DNA of 64,000 bases from a virus, in IMG/VR virus record IMGVR_UViG_3300048033_001554, positions 20,354-84,353 of that record. One strand, written 5' to 3'. Each line of letters opens with the position of its first letter. The stretch's first letter is position 1. This document shows, piece by piece, positions 9,446 to 19,810 of this stretch. Position numbers and translations under genes: made by a program. A model generated the notes under the pieces. It was not told the DNA's origin. It did not search any database and was given only the letters and a program-made list of their open reading frames with translations.

Positions 9446-11761
9446 CTAAGAGTTGTCTACGGTAATATTTATAGAATCTACAGAGTAAATAACACTATCA
9501 GATCTTACCGTTTGATCGCCGACATCTTGGTTTGGACCTACAATGTCTGCACCGCCTACAATATAATCGTCTTTCACTCTTATTGAGAACTTGTGTTTTA
9601 ATGTTGGGCCTACTGAGTTTTTGTACGTGAAGTTGCCGAACATTTTTGTTCCGGCAAGGTGCATAGTATCTTTTAACACTGTTTGATACTTATTAAGTGA
9701 TACAGTAGACTTTAGATCATAAGAATACTCTTGGTAGTAATCACTATCTTGAACTCTTTGGTTACTGTCGTAATATTCAAAAATATTTGTGTCGGGATTC
9801 GTTCTATAACCGTTGATATGTGAAGATCGACTACCCCAGAATCCTGCAGTAATACCCTGCGAATCAACTTGAAGTATACCTTCAGCAACTTTTCTTCCAT
9901 CATCATCAATTAAGTAACCGGTTTCTTCATTCAAATAACCAAAGCCAGAATTTTGTATCGAAACAGCGGCAATTTTACCTTGCGAAAACTCTGTTCTATT
10001 TTTAACAATCGCGTTCTCACCAAACTTTTTAGAAGTATAATCACGTTCAACTGCAATCAAATCATAAGTGTTGCCTTTGTATGTGATAGCATCACCTGCA
10101 CCGGTCTTAAACCCATAATAACTATATGGCCTTACGTAAAGAGCTTGCGCATCATTATCAATTTTGGTAATTAAACCAGACGTTCCTGTAAGTCCTTGAG
10201 ATACAGTATCACCAACTGAGAAACCAGCATTAAAATTATCAACTAATAGCACTTGGTCAAATCTTTCAAATGCTGCCATTTGTTCGTCGATAACAAGAGT
10301 GAACGTATCATTAACATAGTCTTCGCCAGGATTTATATTTTCAAATGATTTAATAGTACCAATATCAAATGGAGTTAAATCAAACGCTTGATTCATTGGC
10401 GTGGCTAATGTTACTGGGCTTGCAGTTCCTGACATTGCTGTTGGGCCTGCAGATGCAGTATTAAAATCTGAAGAATTTAATTGAACATCTTTAAATGGAT
10501 TAATAATATCTGTGATTAGTTCGATGTTTTCAATGTTTATTAATTCTTCAATTTTAGCATGATTAATGTCACCAGTGTTTGCATACAATGGCCCAGGAGA
10601 AGAATCGTTTTTAGGTGAAACACTTAATATGTCTCCCGTCATTGTTGCTATGTCATAAGGCAACAATGTGATATTAGTAGCTCTATCTCTTGTAGAAATA
10701 GCTCTCGTTTTATCAAACTCTTCTCCTGGCTCCATTTTAACGCCAACTGAAGAAGAGTTTTGTCCAATAACAGTACCTTCGTTACCTGCACTATCTCTTA
10801 AAACTTCTAATATTTCAAATTTAAAATCTGAATTATCTAAAATAACAACTTGGTTTGATGTTTGAATTTTAGTGTTTGGAATAGTATATCCAAAACCGCC
10901 ATCTTCTAATATGTACCTAATTGTGCCAGTAAATTCTTCAACTAGCTCAGTGACGATAACTTTACCGCCACCGCCATATTCACTTTCTATTCTAAGTATG
11001 TCGCCAATTTCGTTTCCAACGGTAGCCCATTGTGACTCAGTATCAATTTCCATGCCAGCAACAGATCCATTGAGTTTTCCAAAGTTGACGTCTTGGCCAC
11101 CAAATCTAGCAATAATATCGTCGTACTTTCTAAACTCACCTTTTACATCCACTAAGTAAATAATAGGAGTTAAAGTATTGTTTAAATATACGAAGTTAAT
11201 CTTATCAACAATAGCTTTTGCTTGCGAAATTGTGCCGTAAATATCTTTGCTTAAAAGATCTGCATAAGAGTATTCTGTTTGTCCATCAGGAGAAAAGAAT
11301 CTACCGTTATTAGAAAACATTTGCAAAAATGCACCCGTTCTCCATTTTGAGTCAGACGGCTTGAGCATATTTTTTGCTGGGTATTTAATTTCAACGTCTT
11401 CTTCGTAAAACATTCTAAAGAATAGTTTAATACCACTTTCAGTACCTTTACGTCTATAAAGGTCCATTATGTTTCTAATTACAAATCTTGCAGTTTTATC
11501 GTCTTCAATATTAGGAAGATCAGCCATGTATTTTTTCTTAAAGAAAATAATCATGTCTGAAAGTGTTGTGCCAATATCTCTGTATTCAAACATTCTACGA
11601 GTGTTATAAACACCCATGTTAGATTCGCTTTCAACAAATCTGTAATATTGCTCAACCATGTCAACGAGTTCCGGGCCTTGCTCTCTAAAGTAGGCGGGGA
11701 ACTGATTAGCAATTTTAAATGCTATATCCTTTTCAACTAATGTGACTTGGTTATCAGCCAT
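9446..11761 (-). CDS. gp7: Baseplate wedge initiator gp7-like
   Basis: DLYRRKGTESGIKLFFRMFY and QDSDYYQEYSY..HLAGTKMFG motifs; directly follows gp6. Confidence 0.7.
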   Translation of the reverse strand: MADNQVTLVEKDIAFKIANQFPAYFREQGPELVDMVEQYYRFVESESNMGVYNTRRMFEYRDIGTTLSDMIIFFKKKYMADLPNIEDDKTARFVIRNIMDLYRRKGTESGIKLFFRMFYEEDVEIKYPAKNMLKPSDSKWRTGAFLQMFSNNGRFFSPDGQTEYSYADLLSKDIYGTISQAKAIVDKINFVYLNNTLTPIIYLVDVKGEFRKYDDIIARFGGQDVNFGKLNGSVAGMEIDTESQWATVGNEIGDILRIESEYGGGGKVIVTELVEEFTGTIRYILEDGGFGYTIPNTKIQTSNQVVILDNSDFKFEILEVLRDSAGNEGTVIGQNSSSVGVKMEPGEEFDKTRAISTRDRATNITLLPYDIATMTGDILSVSPKNDSSPGPLYANTGDINHAKIEELINIENIELITDIINPFKDVQLNSSDFNTASAGPTAMSGTASPVTLATPMNQAFDLTPFDIGTIKSFENINPGEDYVNDTFTLVIDEQMAAFERFDQVLLVDNFNAGFSVGDTVSQGLTGTSGLITKIDNDAQALYVRPYSYYGFKTGAGDAITYKGNTYDLIAVERDYTSKKFGENAIVKNRTEFSQGKIAAVSIQNSGFGYLNEETGYLIDDDGRKVAEGILQVDSQGITAGFWGSRSSHINGYRTNPDTNIFEYYDSNQRVQDSDYYQEYSYDLKSTVSLNKYQTVLKDTMHLAGTKMFGNFTYKNSVGPTLKHKFSIRVKDDYIVGGADIVGPNQDVGDQTVRSDSVIYSVDSINITVDNS

Positions 11762-13561
11762 TTACTTGACCTCTTTCATGTTAACAGTTACGTCATCATC
11801 TTTAATCAAGAAAATTCTACCAGCTGGAGCTTTGATATCGTCGAGCTTAGTTGTAACCATAATTGTGATACCTGATCCATCAGCAAAGCCGCCAACTTTA
11901 AAGTTAGTCAAATTAACTTCACCTGTAGCATAGTTTACTTTACCAGCAATAGGGTTTACTACCTGCGGGTTTACAATATCGGATGTTACAATTTGAATGT
12001 TTCCTAAGCCATCATCTTGGAAGAATGAATCAACAAAGTTATATTCAAATACACTACTTTTAACCGCTGGTTTATAATCAGTAAAACCATTTGAATCTTT
12101 AAACGGATAAGGTTTAACTAATTCAGCATAAAACTTAAATGATGGAGATTCAGCTTGGTTTAAAGCAGGAGAATATCTTACATAAGGACATACTGATAAA
12201 CTATTACTTTCAATAGAAGATTCGGATGCATCGATGTCTTTAGAAAGCTTTGAAAGTCTTAAAGTAACATTAAAGTTATCCAAACTAGACGTATTGTAAT
12301 TTTCAATAGCAGATCTAACTAAATTTTCGATTTGACCGGCTGATTTGCCAGTAACTTTAGGATTGAAGTTAACATCTACGTTAACACAACCGTACATAAA
12401 TTCTGATTTAACAAATGTAGGTTCAACCGCAACTGGACTTTTATCTTTTAAGTAATCAATATAAGAAGCTGAAATAGTTTCTGATAATCCTTCTCGGCCT
12501 TCGCCAAGATAAACTGAAATAGCAACTCGTCCAAATTGAGGTGGATCTAGTTCTTCACCACCGTATGCAGCAATTGCTTTGATTTCTGGGAAACGCTGTT
12601 GTAATATAACTTCATAGTCTTTAGATGTTACAGCTCTTTCTTGAATTTGCAAAGACTTAGGAGCGTAATATCTAATACTTTCTAAAGTTTCTCTTTCAGC
12701 ACCACCTGCAGCAGGTTCAATAGTTACCGTACTAGATTGAGCGGTGTCTGATACTAATAATAACTCAAAAGTATTTGCGCCGTTGGATTCAGGACCTGAA
12801 GTAATACGATATCTTACGCGAACGTCTTGGAAAACTTCTGGTTGTATACCAAATTTATTATTGCCAAAGTAGATAACATAACGGCCATCATAATATGGTT
12901 CTACATAGAATACTTTATCTAAAGGCTGGACGCCGAAGATATCATTTTTACGAATAAACACGTTTTCGTTATCTGTTGCTTCGGCATCTACGAATACTAC
13001 AATTGAATCTGTATCAGCATTTTCGTTTGAAAGGATAACGCGAAGAACTCCGTCGTCACCAATAAAGTAGCCTTCTCTCTCAAAGCTTGCTAGCATCTCA
13101 CCTTCAAAGATTTCTACATTTTCGGCAACAAACGTTCCTGGGGCAGTTTTACGAGCAACGTAAGCTTTATCAGTAACATAATTAAATGTTTGGCCTTGGA
13201 AGTTAGTCTTAAACTGAGAATAAGCAGGAATAGTAATAGTCTGCCCTGCAATGCTCGTATCAGTAATAGTAGTTGTCACTACAGCTTTTGGCGACCTACG
13301 AGATCTAGGAACATAATTCAATTCCTTAGCGTGTGACATGACTGAGTTTTTAAGAACAGCTGAATCAAGGAACATCTCATTGATTGCCATGTTAGCATAA
13401 AAGTTATTTTGGAATGTATTATATGATAACACATCCAAGAATACACTCATATTCGACCCTTCAAAGTTATAATCTTTGAATTGAGTTTGGTTCCTCAGAT
13501 AAGTTTTAAACTGAGTTTTGATCTCTTCAAAGTCTAATTCTGAAATGTTTAACTTGGCCAT
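11762..13561 (-). CDS. gp6: Baseplate wedge subunit gp6
   Basis: SELDFEEIK..FKDYNFEGSNMSVFLDVLSYNT; QERAVTSKDY. Confidence 0.92.
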   Translation of the reverse strand: MAKLNISELDFEEIKTQFKTYLRNQTQFKDYNFEGSNMSVFLDVLSYNTFQNNFYANMAINEMFLDSAVLKNSVMSHAKELNYVPRSRRSPKAVVTTTITDTSIAGQTITIPAYSQFKTNFQGQTFNYVTDKAYVARKTAPGTFVAENVEIFEGEMLASFEREGYFIGDDGVLRVILSNENADTDSIVVFVDAEATDNENVFIRKNDIFGVQPLDKVFYVEPYYDGRYVIYFGNNKFGIQPEVFQDVRVRYRITSGPESNGANTFELLLVSDTAQSSTVTIEPAAGGAERETLESIRYYAPKSLQIQERAVTSKDYEVILQQRFPEIKAIAAYGGEELDPPQFGRVAISVYLGEGREGLSETISASYIDYLKDKSPVAVEPTFVKSEFMYGCVNVDVNFNPKVTGKSAGQIENLVRSAIENYNTSSLDNFNVTLRLSKLSKDIDASESSIESNSLSVCPYVRYSPALNQAESPSFKFYAELVKPYPFKDSNGFTDYKPAVKSSVFEYNFVDSFFQDDGLGNIQIVTSDIVNPQVVNPIAGKVNYATGEVNLTNFKVGGFADGSGITIMVTTKLDDIKAPAGRIFLIKDDDVTVNMKEVK

Positions 13562-13978
13562 TTACCTAGTCCTCTCTATGAATACATCAAGGTCGATAGG
13601 CTGTTCTACGTTTTTGATGTAAAAAGTAATTCGTATGTTCACTGCGTTGTCATCTATGTTAGATGTTACAGTAACGTCCTGGAGTTCTGCTCTAGGCTCG
13701 TATAGGTTAATTGTTGTTCTTACGTTTTCTTCTATTAGTTTAAGAACTGAAGGAGTAAGATTTTCAAATAGCATGGCTTGGATATTACCACCCAAGTTTG
13801 GCTGCATTAATCGTTCGCCGCGATCAGTAAGAATTAAATTTTTAATTGATTCTTTTACTGCGTCTTCATCTTTATTTAAAGTAAGATCTTGCGACAAAGG
13901 GCTAACCTCAAGATTTTTCTTGAAGTCCGAATAAATCGTTACCTTTTTAGTTTTAGGTGTAAATAACCTAGCTACCAT
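13562..13978 (-). CDS. gp25: Baseplate wedge subunit gp25
   Basis: AVKESIKNLILTDRGERLMQPNLG..LFE..YEPR. Confidence 0.92.
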   Translation of the reverse strand: MVARLFTPKTKKVTIYSDFKKNLEVSPLSQDLTLNKDEDAVKESIKNLILTDRGERLMQPNLGGNIQAMLFENLTPSVLKLIEENVRTTINLYEPRAELQDVTVTSNIDDNAVNIRITFYIKNVEQPIDLDVFIERTR

Positions 13979-13981
13979 TTC

Positions 13982-15619
13982 TTAACCTCGTTTATCCCAA
14001 GACCTTGCTGGTCCAATATCGCAATGAAGGAAACTGTTATAGTAACCAAATCCTTTGAATCCTACGCTTTGCGCTAATTTTACAAATTCTCTTAAATCAT
14101 TTCCTCTAGGATTAAACCCATCCCACTTCAGATCACATGCAGTGCCTTTGAGGTGTTGCGATGCTTTAGCACCCGGTGGTTTTATGATTGAATTATAGTA
14201 CGGACTTCTATAGCCACTATTTAAATATAGTGGGCCACTAATAATTCCTGCATCTTTAGCTAATCTTTGTAGCTGCATAATTTTTAACCTTACATCCGGA
14301 TCCATTTTAGTCCAGCCTTCGTGAGTTGGTATCATTCTAGTAGTCCACCCACCTCTAATTCGTAAATTAGGATGTGTGTTATCTTTTATTTCTTCCCAGC
14401 TTGGAACTCCATTAATATCTTCTATAGTAGGAGGAATAGGATTATTATTCGTTCCTTCAGGATGATCGTCAGTAATTCCATACCATGGTATCTTTGCTAT
14501 ATTTATTAAAGCTTGCCTGTTTTCTTCTGTAGCTCTGATGGCACCTGCTCGAACTGCTTCACTAGTAACTCTATTAGAAACGTTTGAAAGAGTATTAAAT
14601 ACTTCGTCGTAGCGATCCGCAAAATCATTTAATGGATCTTTAAGCTTTTTAAATAAACCTTCAATACCTGCAGCCATGCCACATAAGCGAGCTATAAGCA
14701 TAAAGATTTCTTCTATGGATGGGTTTTCGAATAAACCAACCGCGTAGTCAATAATACCTTGAATTTTAGCTTTAATTTTATCAGCGTTTTCATCACCACA
14801 AATATTTTGCAACGCTGATTTCTTTTCTTCAGCATCTGCTGCAACTTTAATTTGAGCAGGAGTTACTACTGGTAGATTTCTACCAATAATTGCTGATACA
14901 TCAAAGTTAGCTATTGATTGGCAAACTTTTTGAATAGCTTGCTTAACCATTTCACTGATTTTTTCTTTGATTGCTTCAATGATTGCTTTAACTTTAAGTG
15001 CTTCAAATGCTGCAAGTAATTCATTCTTAATGTTTTTAATTTTTCTAATAAAAGCAAATACATCTTGAATAAAGCCATCAATTTTATTAAGCATATTAAA
15101 GAAAGAATTAATAGCACCAAACACGCTATTAAACAATCCACAAAACCCGCCTAATATACTATCAGAAAAATCTCCATTATAATATTTGTCAAGCTCATCC
15201 AAGAATCTAGATCCTTTAGCATTACTAGATTCTATGGCTGATGCTGGAGTATAGTTGCTACTTTTCATAAAAGAAGCCCACTCTAAAGCAGTAATAGGAC
15301 CGTGCTTTAATCTTTCATTAAGTACTTCATATTGAGGCAATTGATCTCTTACATATTCTCTACCAAAAAAGTCTTGGTTAATCTGTTTAACAGTATCGTA
15401 GAAAGTAGGATATCTAGTAACATATTGAGATAAAGGATTATTATTTTGAACATCCTCTACAATAGTATCTCTAAATTTCTTTTCGAACTCTGATACTTGG
15501 TTTAAAGTGTATTCACCGTTTCCATTATCGGTCGGGCCGTTTTGAATGGCATTACGCTCATATACTGTTTGTAAACAGCTAGTACAAAGACCTTTTCCTG
15601 GCTGACATGTGCATGACAT
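13982..15619 (-). CDS. Virion-associated protein with C-terminal peptidase M15A (Zn peptidoglycan peptidase) domain
   Basis: C-terminal NSGYRSP..N..GAKASQHLKGTACD..GYYNSFLHCDIG; long helical N-terminal region. Confidence 0.75.
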   Translation of the reverse strand: MSCTCQPGKGLCTSCLQTVYERNAIQNGPTDNGNGEYTLNQVSEFEKKFRDTIVEDVQNNNPLSQYVTRYPTFYDTVKQINQDFFGREYVRDQLPQYEVLNERLKHGPITALEWASFMKSSNYTPASAIESSNAKGSRFLDELDKYYNGDFSDSILGGFCGLFNSVFGAINSFFNMLNKIDGFIQDVFAFIRKIKNIKNELLAAFEALKVKAIIEAIKEKISEMVKQAIQKVCQSIANFDVSAIIGRNLPVVTPAQIKVAADAEEKKSALQNICGDENADKIKAKIQGIIDYAVGLFENPSIEEIFMLIARLCGMAAGIEGLFKKLKDPLNDFADRYDEVFNTLSNVSNRVTSEAVRAGAIRATEENRQALINIAKIPWYGITDDHPEGTNNNPIPPTIEDINGVPSWEEIKDNTHPNLRIRGGWTTRMIPTHEGWTKMDPDVRLKIMQLQRLAKDAGIISGPLYLNSGYRSPYYNSIIKPPGAKASQHLKGTACDLKWDGFNPRGNDLREFVKLAQSVGFKGFGYYNSFLHCDIGPARSWDKRG

Positions 15620-17748
15620 TATCCAGCACCTCCACTAATTATATTTTGTTCAGTTGATTTTACTGCATCAATCGCGTTTAAGAATTCTTGTACCGTGGTA
15701 AGAGCTCTATTTCCAGCTGAATCACCTGCATATTTACTTCTACCTGTATTTGGACCTGTTACCAGTGGTAAGGAAGCCCATTCACTTGCAAGATTGTTTG
15801 CAAATTGCTCGCGTGTAAGTTCGCCTTTTAAGAATCTAGTTAAGCCTCTGCCTTCGAGTAGCACAATTGCCATTTTGTCTTGATTGATAGGACTAAACAA
15901 ATCACCCGCACTTAAGCCTGCTCTTACATACAATGGATTTCCAGGGCCTGTTGTTAAGTCATTGTTATAACCACGCAAGGTGTCTTCCATAATTTGGTAT
16001 CTACCAACTGCTTCTGAGTTTTGAGTTGCATCAATACTTTCTTGCCAATCTAGTACTTCCTGGATAGTCATTTCTATAATGGGCTTGGTAGGATACCTAG
16101 TTTTAGATACAAGACCAGATATGTCATCATAACCTTCTGATTCTTTATTACCAATAAAATCTAGCAATGGAGTTGCTGCTGATTGTATTTCAGCTGATAC
16201 GTTGCCAAGAGTTCCACCAAACGACGTGTTACCACCATTACCCTCACCAGCATGATCTTTTGAAACATAGCCAGTTCCACCCAACGAACCTTCATCACCT
16301 TCCGGCAAAATAGATGTTGATTTAGCAACTGGTTCTGGAGCTTCAACTTTAGCTGCGCGCCATGCAATTTCTGGAGTTTGAGATCCAGGAACAAACGGTA
16401 ATTGACCGATTGGTGGAATAGCAACCCTTGCAGTTGCAACTGTTGTTAAAGCACTCGCGAGATTAGGTCTTGCAAATCCACCGGCTAAGTTAACAAAAGT
16501 ATCTATGTTAACAATAGGCGAATTAATATTTGTCTGCACACCGCCGCCAATTGCAACGTCTATTCCTGCGCCAATATCAAATGTAACACCTGCGCTTAGC
16601 GCTGCTGATGTTGTTGATCTTGCTGCCCAAGTAAGTGACGATTGGTTGATTGCACCAAGTGGAGCGGTAATATTCATTTCAACGCCAGCTTGGATGTTAG
16701 TCTGCGTAAGACCTCTTAATCCTAATTTATCTGTAGCATCAACAAGAATCTTTTCACCTTTAATAGAAATACCGCCGTAAGTAGGTGGTAATCCTAGACC
16801 ACCCGCAGAAAGCTGCAATTCTTTATTTGCATTAATAGCAAGTGTACCTGCATTGGCATGAATTTTAACATCGCCACCACGAATTTGAGCCATTTCAGCG
16901 TTTATAGTAGATTGACCACCAACCGAAAGATGATGGTTACCATGTACTAATGTTTGCAAATCACCTTCAATTTCTTCAACTTTATTACCACGGACATAAA
17001 CATAACTATTACCCATAATAGTAACAGTGCTCATTCCACCAACAACTACGTGCTGCTTTCTATCCATTACATCGTATTGATCGCCGGTGGTTTTATTTGT
17101 GGTAGTACCACGAGAATCAATTTCAATAAATGAACCAGACTTATGCCTAACAGTAATACGCTCAGCTCCAGATGTATCATCTAATTCAATGCTATGATGG
17201 GCTGTTTCTATAACTTTATTATGAGGATATTCTGCGTTATAACTTGCGTTAGGCTGATCCCATGTTTCTTCTGAGCCACCAATTTTAACATCAACTGCTC
17301 TACCCATTTCTTGAGTAAGCACTGCAGTTTCTTGAATGTATTCACCACGGGCTAATCGGGATTGCTGTGGTTGCATTATATCTTCTGGTTTAGATCCATG
17401 TGCCAATTCGTTAGCATCTGTATCGGGCACTCTGCCCCATCCAGTCTTATCAGGGTCAATAACTGTAGCATATTGAGTTGGAATTAGACCAAGAACCATA
17501 GGCTCTTGCGCGTCTCTTCCGTCTAAGAAAACACCAAATACCCAGCTATTTACTTTTGGAATATTGTTTGGATTATAATCACCTTGAACAACAATAGCCC
17601 AAGGCAATTCATCAGATGGAACTTCTTTGTTTGTACCATGTACACCAAATGCACGTACTTGTGCTCTTCCTTCTTTACGAGGATCTACGTTATTTTCAAT
17701 TACGCCAATAAAAAATAAAGGATCTTTAATCCCTACACCGTTTTGCAT
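15619..17748 (-). CDS. gp5: Baseplate hub/spike gp5 with C-terminal lysozyme-like domain
   Basis: OB-fold FFIGVIENNVDPRKEGRAQVRAFGVH..LPWA; YPHNKV..HSIELDDT..ERI; C-terminal LLDFIGNKES..AVGRYQI..QDKMA..EWASLP (lambda-type muramidase-like). Confidence 0.85.
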   Translation of the reverse strand: MQNGVGIKDPLFFIGVIENNVDPRKEGRAQVRAFGVHGTNKEVPSDELPWAIVVQGDYNPNNIPKVNSWVFGVFLDGRDAQEPMVLGLIPTQYATVIDPDKTGWGRVPDTDANELAHGSKPEDIMQPQQSRLARGEYIQETAVLTQEMGRAVDVKIGGSEETWDQPNASYNAEYPHNKVIETAHHSIELDDTSGAERITVRHKSGSFIEIDSRGTTTNKTTGDQYDVMDRKQHVVVGGMSTVTIMGNSYVYVRGNKVEEIEGDLQTLVHGNHHLSVGGQSTINAEMAQIRGGDVKIHANAGTLAINANKELQLSAGGLGLPPTYGGISIKGEKILVDATDKLGLRGLTQTNIQAGVEMNITAPLGAINQSSLTWAARSTTSAALSAGVTFDIGAGIDVAIGGGVQTNINSPIVNIDTFVNLAGGFARPNLASALTTVATARVAIPPIGQLPFVPGSQTPEIAWRAAKVEAPEPVAKSTSILPEGDEGSLGGTGYVSKDHAGEGNGGNTSFGGTLGNVSAEIQSAATPLLDFIGNKESEGYDDISGLVSKTRYPTKPIIEMTIQEVLDWQESIDATQNSEAVGRYQIMEDTLRGYNNDLTTGPGNPLYVRAGLSAGDLFSPINQDKMAIVLLEGRGLTRFLKGELTREQFANNLASEWASLPLVTGPNTGRSKYAGDSAGNRALTTVQEFLNAIDAVKSTEQNIISGGAG

Positions 17749-19178
17749 TAACCGGCACCTCCTGAAGTAACAACATTATCAATAAAATCTTGTGATTGTT
17801 CTGGTTTATCGCCAGCATCCCAATCAAATTTAACAAGCTTCAAAGTAGTAGAAAGAGTGCTTGCTTCATCAACAGAATGGTTTGTTGCATACACTAAATA
17901 CCTACCGGCTAAACTATTATTTACAACCGACTTACCATCTGAATCTAAAGCTTTGATATCTAAATTAACAATTTCACCAGGAGTAATATCTAACCTTCCT
18001 TTTAAAGAAGCAGAAAGTGTAGTGTTATTTAAATGGTGATAGTAAGATACTCTATTTTGAACAATATCTGCATAGTGCTTATCTTGTGATAAGTTACTTG
18101 GAATATCGCCAGGGCTAGAATAATTTCTAAATACCATAAATCTTTTAGCATTTTCATCTGTAAATATATCTTGTCTAAAAGACTCACTATGCGGATTTGC
18201 ATCTGATTTTCTTTTAGTACCAGACATATCATAATATTCTGTATTGTCGAAATTAAACTTGCTAATAGTAAATTTTCTTCGTACTAAATCAACTTCTACT
18301 ACTTCGTTTCTATAAGAACCTGAAGCTAAATCCATTGCAGAATCAATACCTTTAGAAATAACATTAATTGCTTCTACTCTTTTAAACTGAGCTTCGATAT
18401 TTTGTGGACCAAGATCTACTACAGGTGCATAGAATAATTCGTGAACGACCTTAGGATCTTTAACAAAATATTCATCTGGGCAAAAATAGTAATTATTAAA
18501 GGTTTCAAAAAACCTAAATGTTTGAGAAGGTGTTCCTGGATTATATGATCTAGAACACATAAAGTTGATTGCTTCTGCTGGAGTCATATCAGGAATAATG
18601 AACTTGGCTACTCCGACTGTAGGAGTGATGAATAAGTTTCTTCCATATTGCTCGTCTTTTAATTCATATCTTTGAGTAGCAAACGGCAATACTTTTGTTT
18701 TGTCATCTGGGTCTAACGCATCGCCTTGAGCTTTGTTAGGCAGATTTCTATAATTATTTTTAAATACTTTATGAACCGCGCCTGATATTGAGCTAGTAAA
18801 AGGTTCTATTAAACTTTTGGTAGATGCATCAAATGTTGCTTCTGAAACAAAGTGTATTGTATAGGTTACTGAGTTAGAGTTTAATGATGGCTGAATATTG
18901 TTTATTCTAAATACTCTAACATTAAGTTTTACGAGAGTATCTAAATCGTAACTTCTAAACCAAAGATCTAATCTTTCTTCTCCTCTGAGAGGAAAGCTTT
19001 CAAGTATCCCAGTGGTATCTAATATGTTTGCAGATCCGGTGTACGCAACAGACCCCATTGATTGAGTTAACTCAAACGAGGTTATAAAGTTAGTAGATAG
19101 ATCTACTTTTTGCGTCAAGTCATGCGAACGAAATATCGCTCGTTCAATTTCACATCTTGTTGTGTTAATTTCTGCCAT
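17748..19178 (-). CDS. Baseplate hub protein (gp27-like)
   Basis: Lies between gp53 and gp5; FRFFETFNNYYF and C-terminal GRLDITPGEIVNL..LAGRYLVYATNH pattern. Confidence 0.55.
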   Translation of the reverse strand: MAEINTTRCEIERAIFRSHDLTQKVDLSTNFITSFELTQSMGSVAYTGSANILDTTGILESFPLRGEERLDLWFRSYDLDTLVKLNVRVFRINNIQPSLNSNSVTYTIHFVSEATFDASTKSLIEPFTSSISGAVHKVFKNNYRNLPNKAQGDALDPDDKTKVLPFATQRYELKDEQYGRNLFITPTVGVAKFIIPDMTPAEAINFMCSRSYNPGTPSQTFRFFETFNNYYFCPDEYFVKDPKVVHELFYAPVVDLGPQNIEAQFKRVEAINVISKGIDSAMDLASGSYRNEVVEVDLVRRKFTISKFNFDNTEYYDMSGTKRKSDANPHSESFRQDIFTDENAKRFMVFRNYSSPGDIPSNLSQDKHYADIVQNRVSYYHHLNNTTLSASLKGRLDITPGEIVNLDIKALDSDGKSVVNNSLAGRYLVYATNHSVDEASTLSTTLKLVKFDWDAGDKPEQSQDFIDNVVTSGGAG

Positions 19179-19435
19179 TAGCCTTGTCTAATCTTACGTG
19201 AAAAATCTGATTCAATAATAGGCAAATAAGTCCTATCAATTAGGAATATTTCTTTTTTGTTTTCGTTATCATAAAGTTCTTGGTCGTAAACTTTCCATTC
19301 TTTCCACTCGTTAGGAATAATACGCTTAATAATAATTTTACGACCTTGTTCAGTACGCAAAATAACCCGATCTTCTTTACGAAGGTAAATTGTTTGGAAA
19401 GATTCTGGCGCTAGCTTAATAATATCTACAGCCAT
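19178..19435 (-). CDS. gp53 C-terminal half encoded as a separate ORF
   Basis: YDQELYDNENKKEIFLID resembles the gp53 C-terminus; in frame with 19439..19810 across one TAA; has its own GAGGT SD. Confidence 0.6.
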   Translation of the reverse strand: MAVDIIKLAPESFQTIYLRKEDRVILRTEQGRKIIIKRIIPNEWKEWKVYDQELYDNENKKEIFLIDRTYLPIIESDFSRKIRQG

Positions 19436-19438
19436 TTG

Positions 19439-19810
19439 TTATACCTCTCTATAATAATAAATGATATTATCACCATTATCTTCTCGAGTCCAGTCAACAA
19501 CATCTTCACCAACTCTTCCTGATTCTTCTGAATACTTTTCAATTAAGTAGTCGTTAAACTCTGCTTCTGCCAAAGGCCATTGGTGATATGGATCTAAAAT
19601 ATTATTAGACAAATACACAAGCCAAACATAATCAACAGAACCGTAATAATAATTTGCAATATCTTCAGCACGTTCACCTTCTTTAATAGTAAAAGGCAAA
19701 TACAAAGCTGGATTAGAAACTACCAATTGAGTAAAATTAGTACGGCGAGTAATATCTTTTACTTTATAGCCTTCGTAATCTACTGTTGGAAAATTTTCGA
19801 AATATTTCAT
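19439..19810 (-). CDS. gp53: Baseplate wedge protein gp53, N-terminal part
   Basis: MKYFENFP..Y; IKEGERAEDIANYYYGSVDYVWLVYLSNNILDPYHQWPL. Confidence 0.85.
   Translation of the reverse strand: MKYFENFPTVDYEGYKVKDITRRTNFTQLVVSNPALYLPFTIKEGERAEDIANYYYGSVDYVWLVYLSNNILDPYHQWPLAEAEFNDYLIEKYSEESGRVGEDVVDWTREDNGDNIIYYYREV

Noticed and set aside
19436-19441. Genome-wide stop-codon reassignment suggested by the split gp53
   Set aside because: TAA, TAG and TGA all end well-recognised full-length genes elsewhere, and the only tRNA seen is Asn
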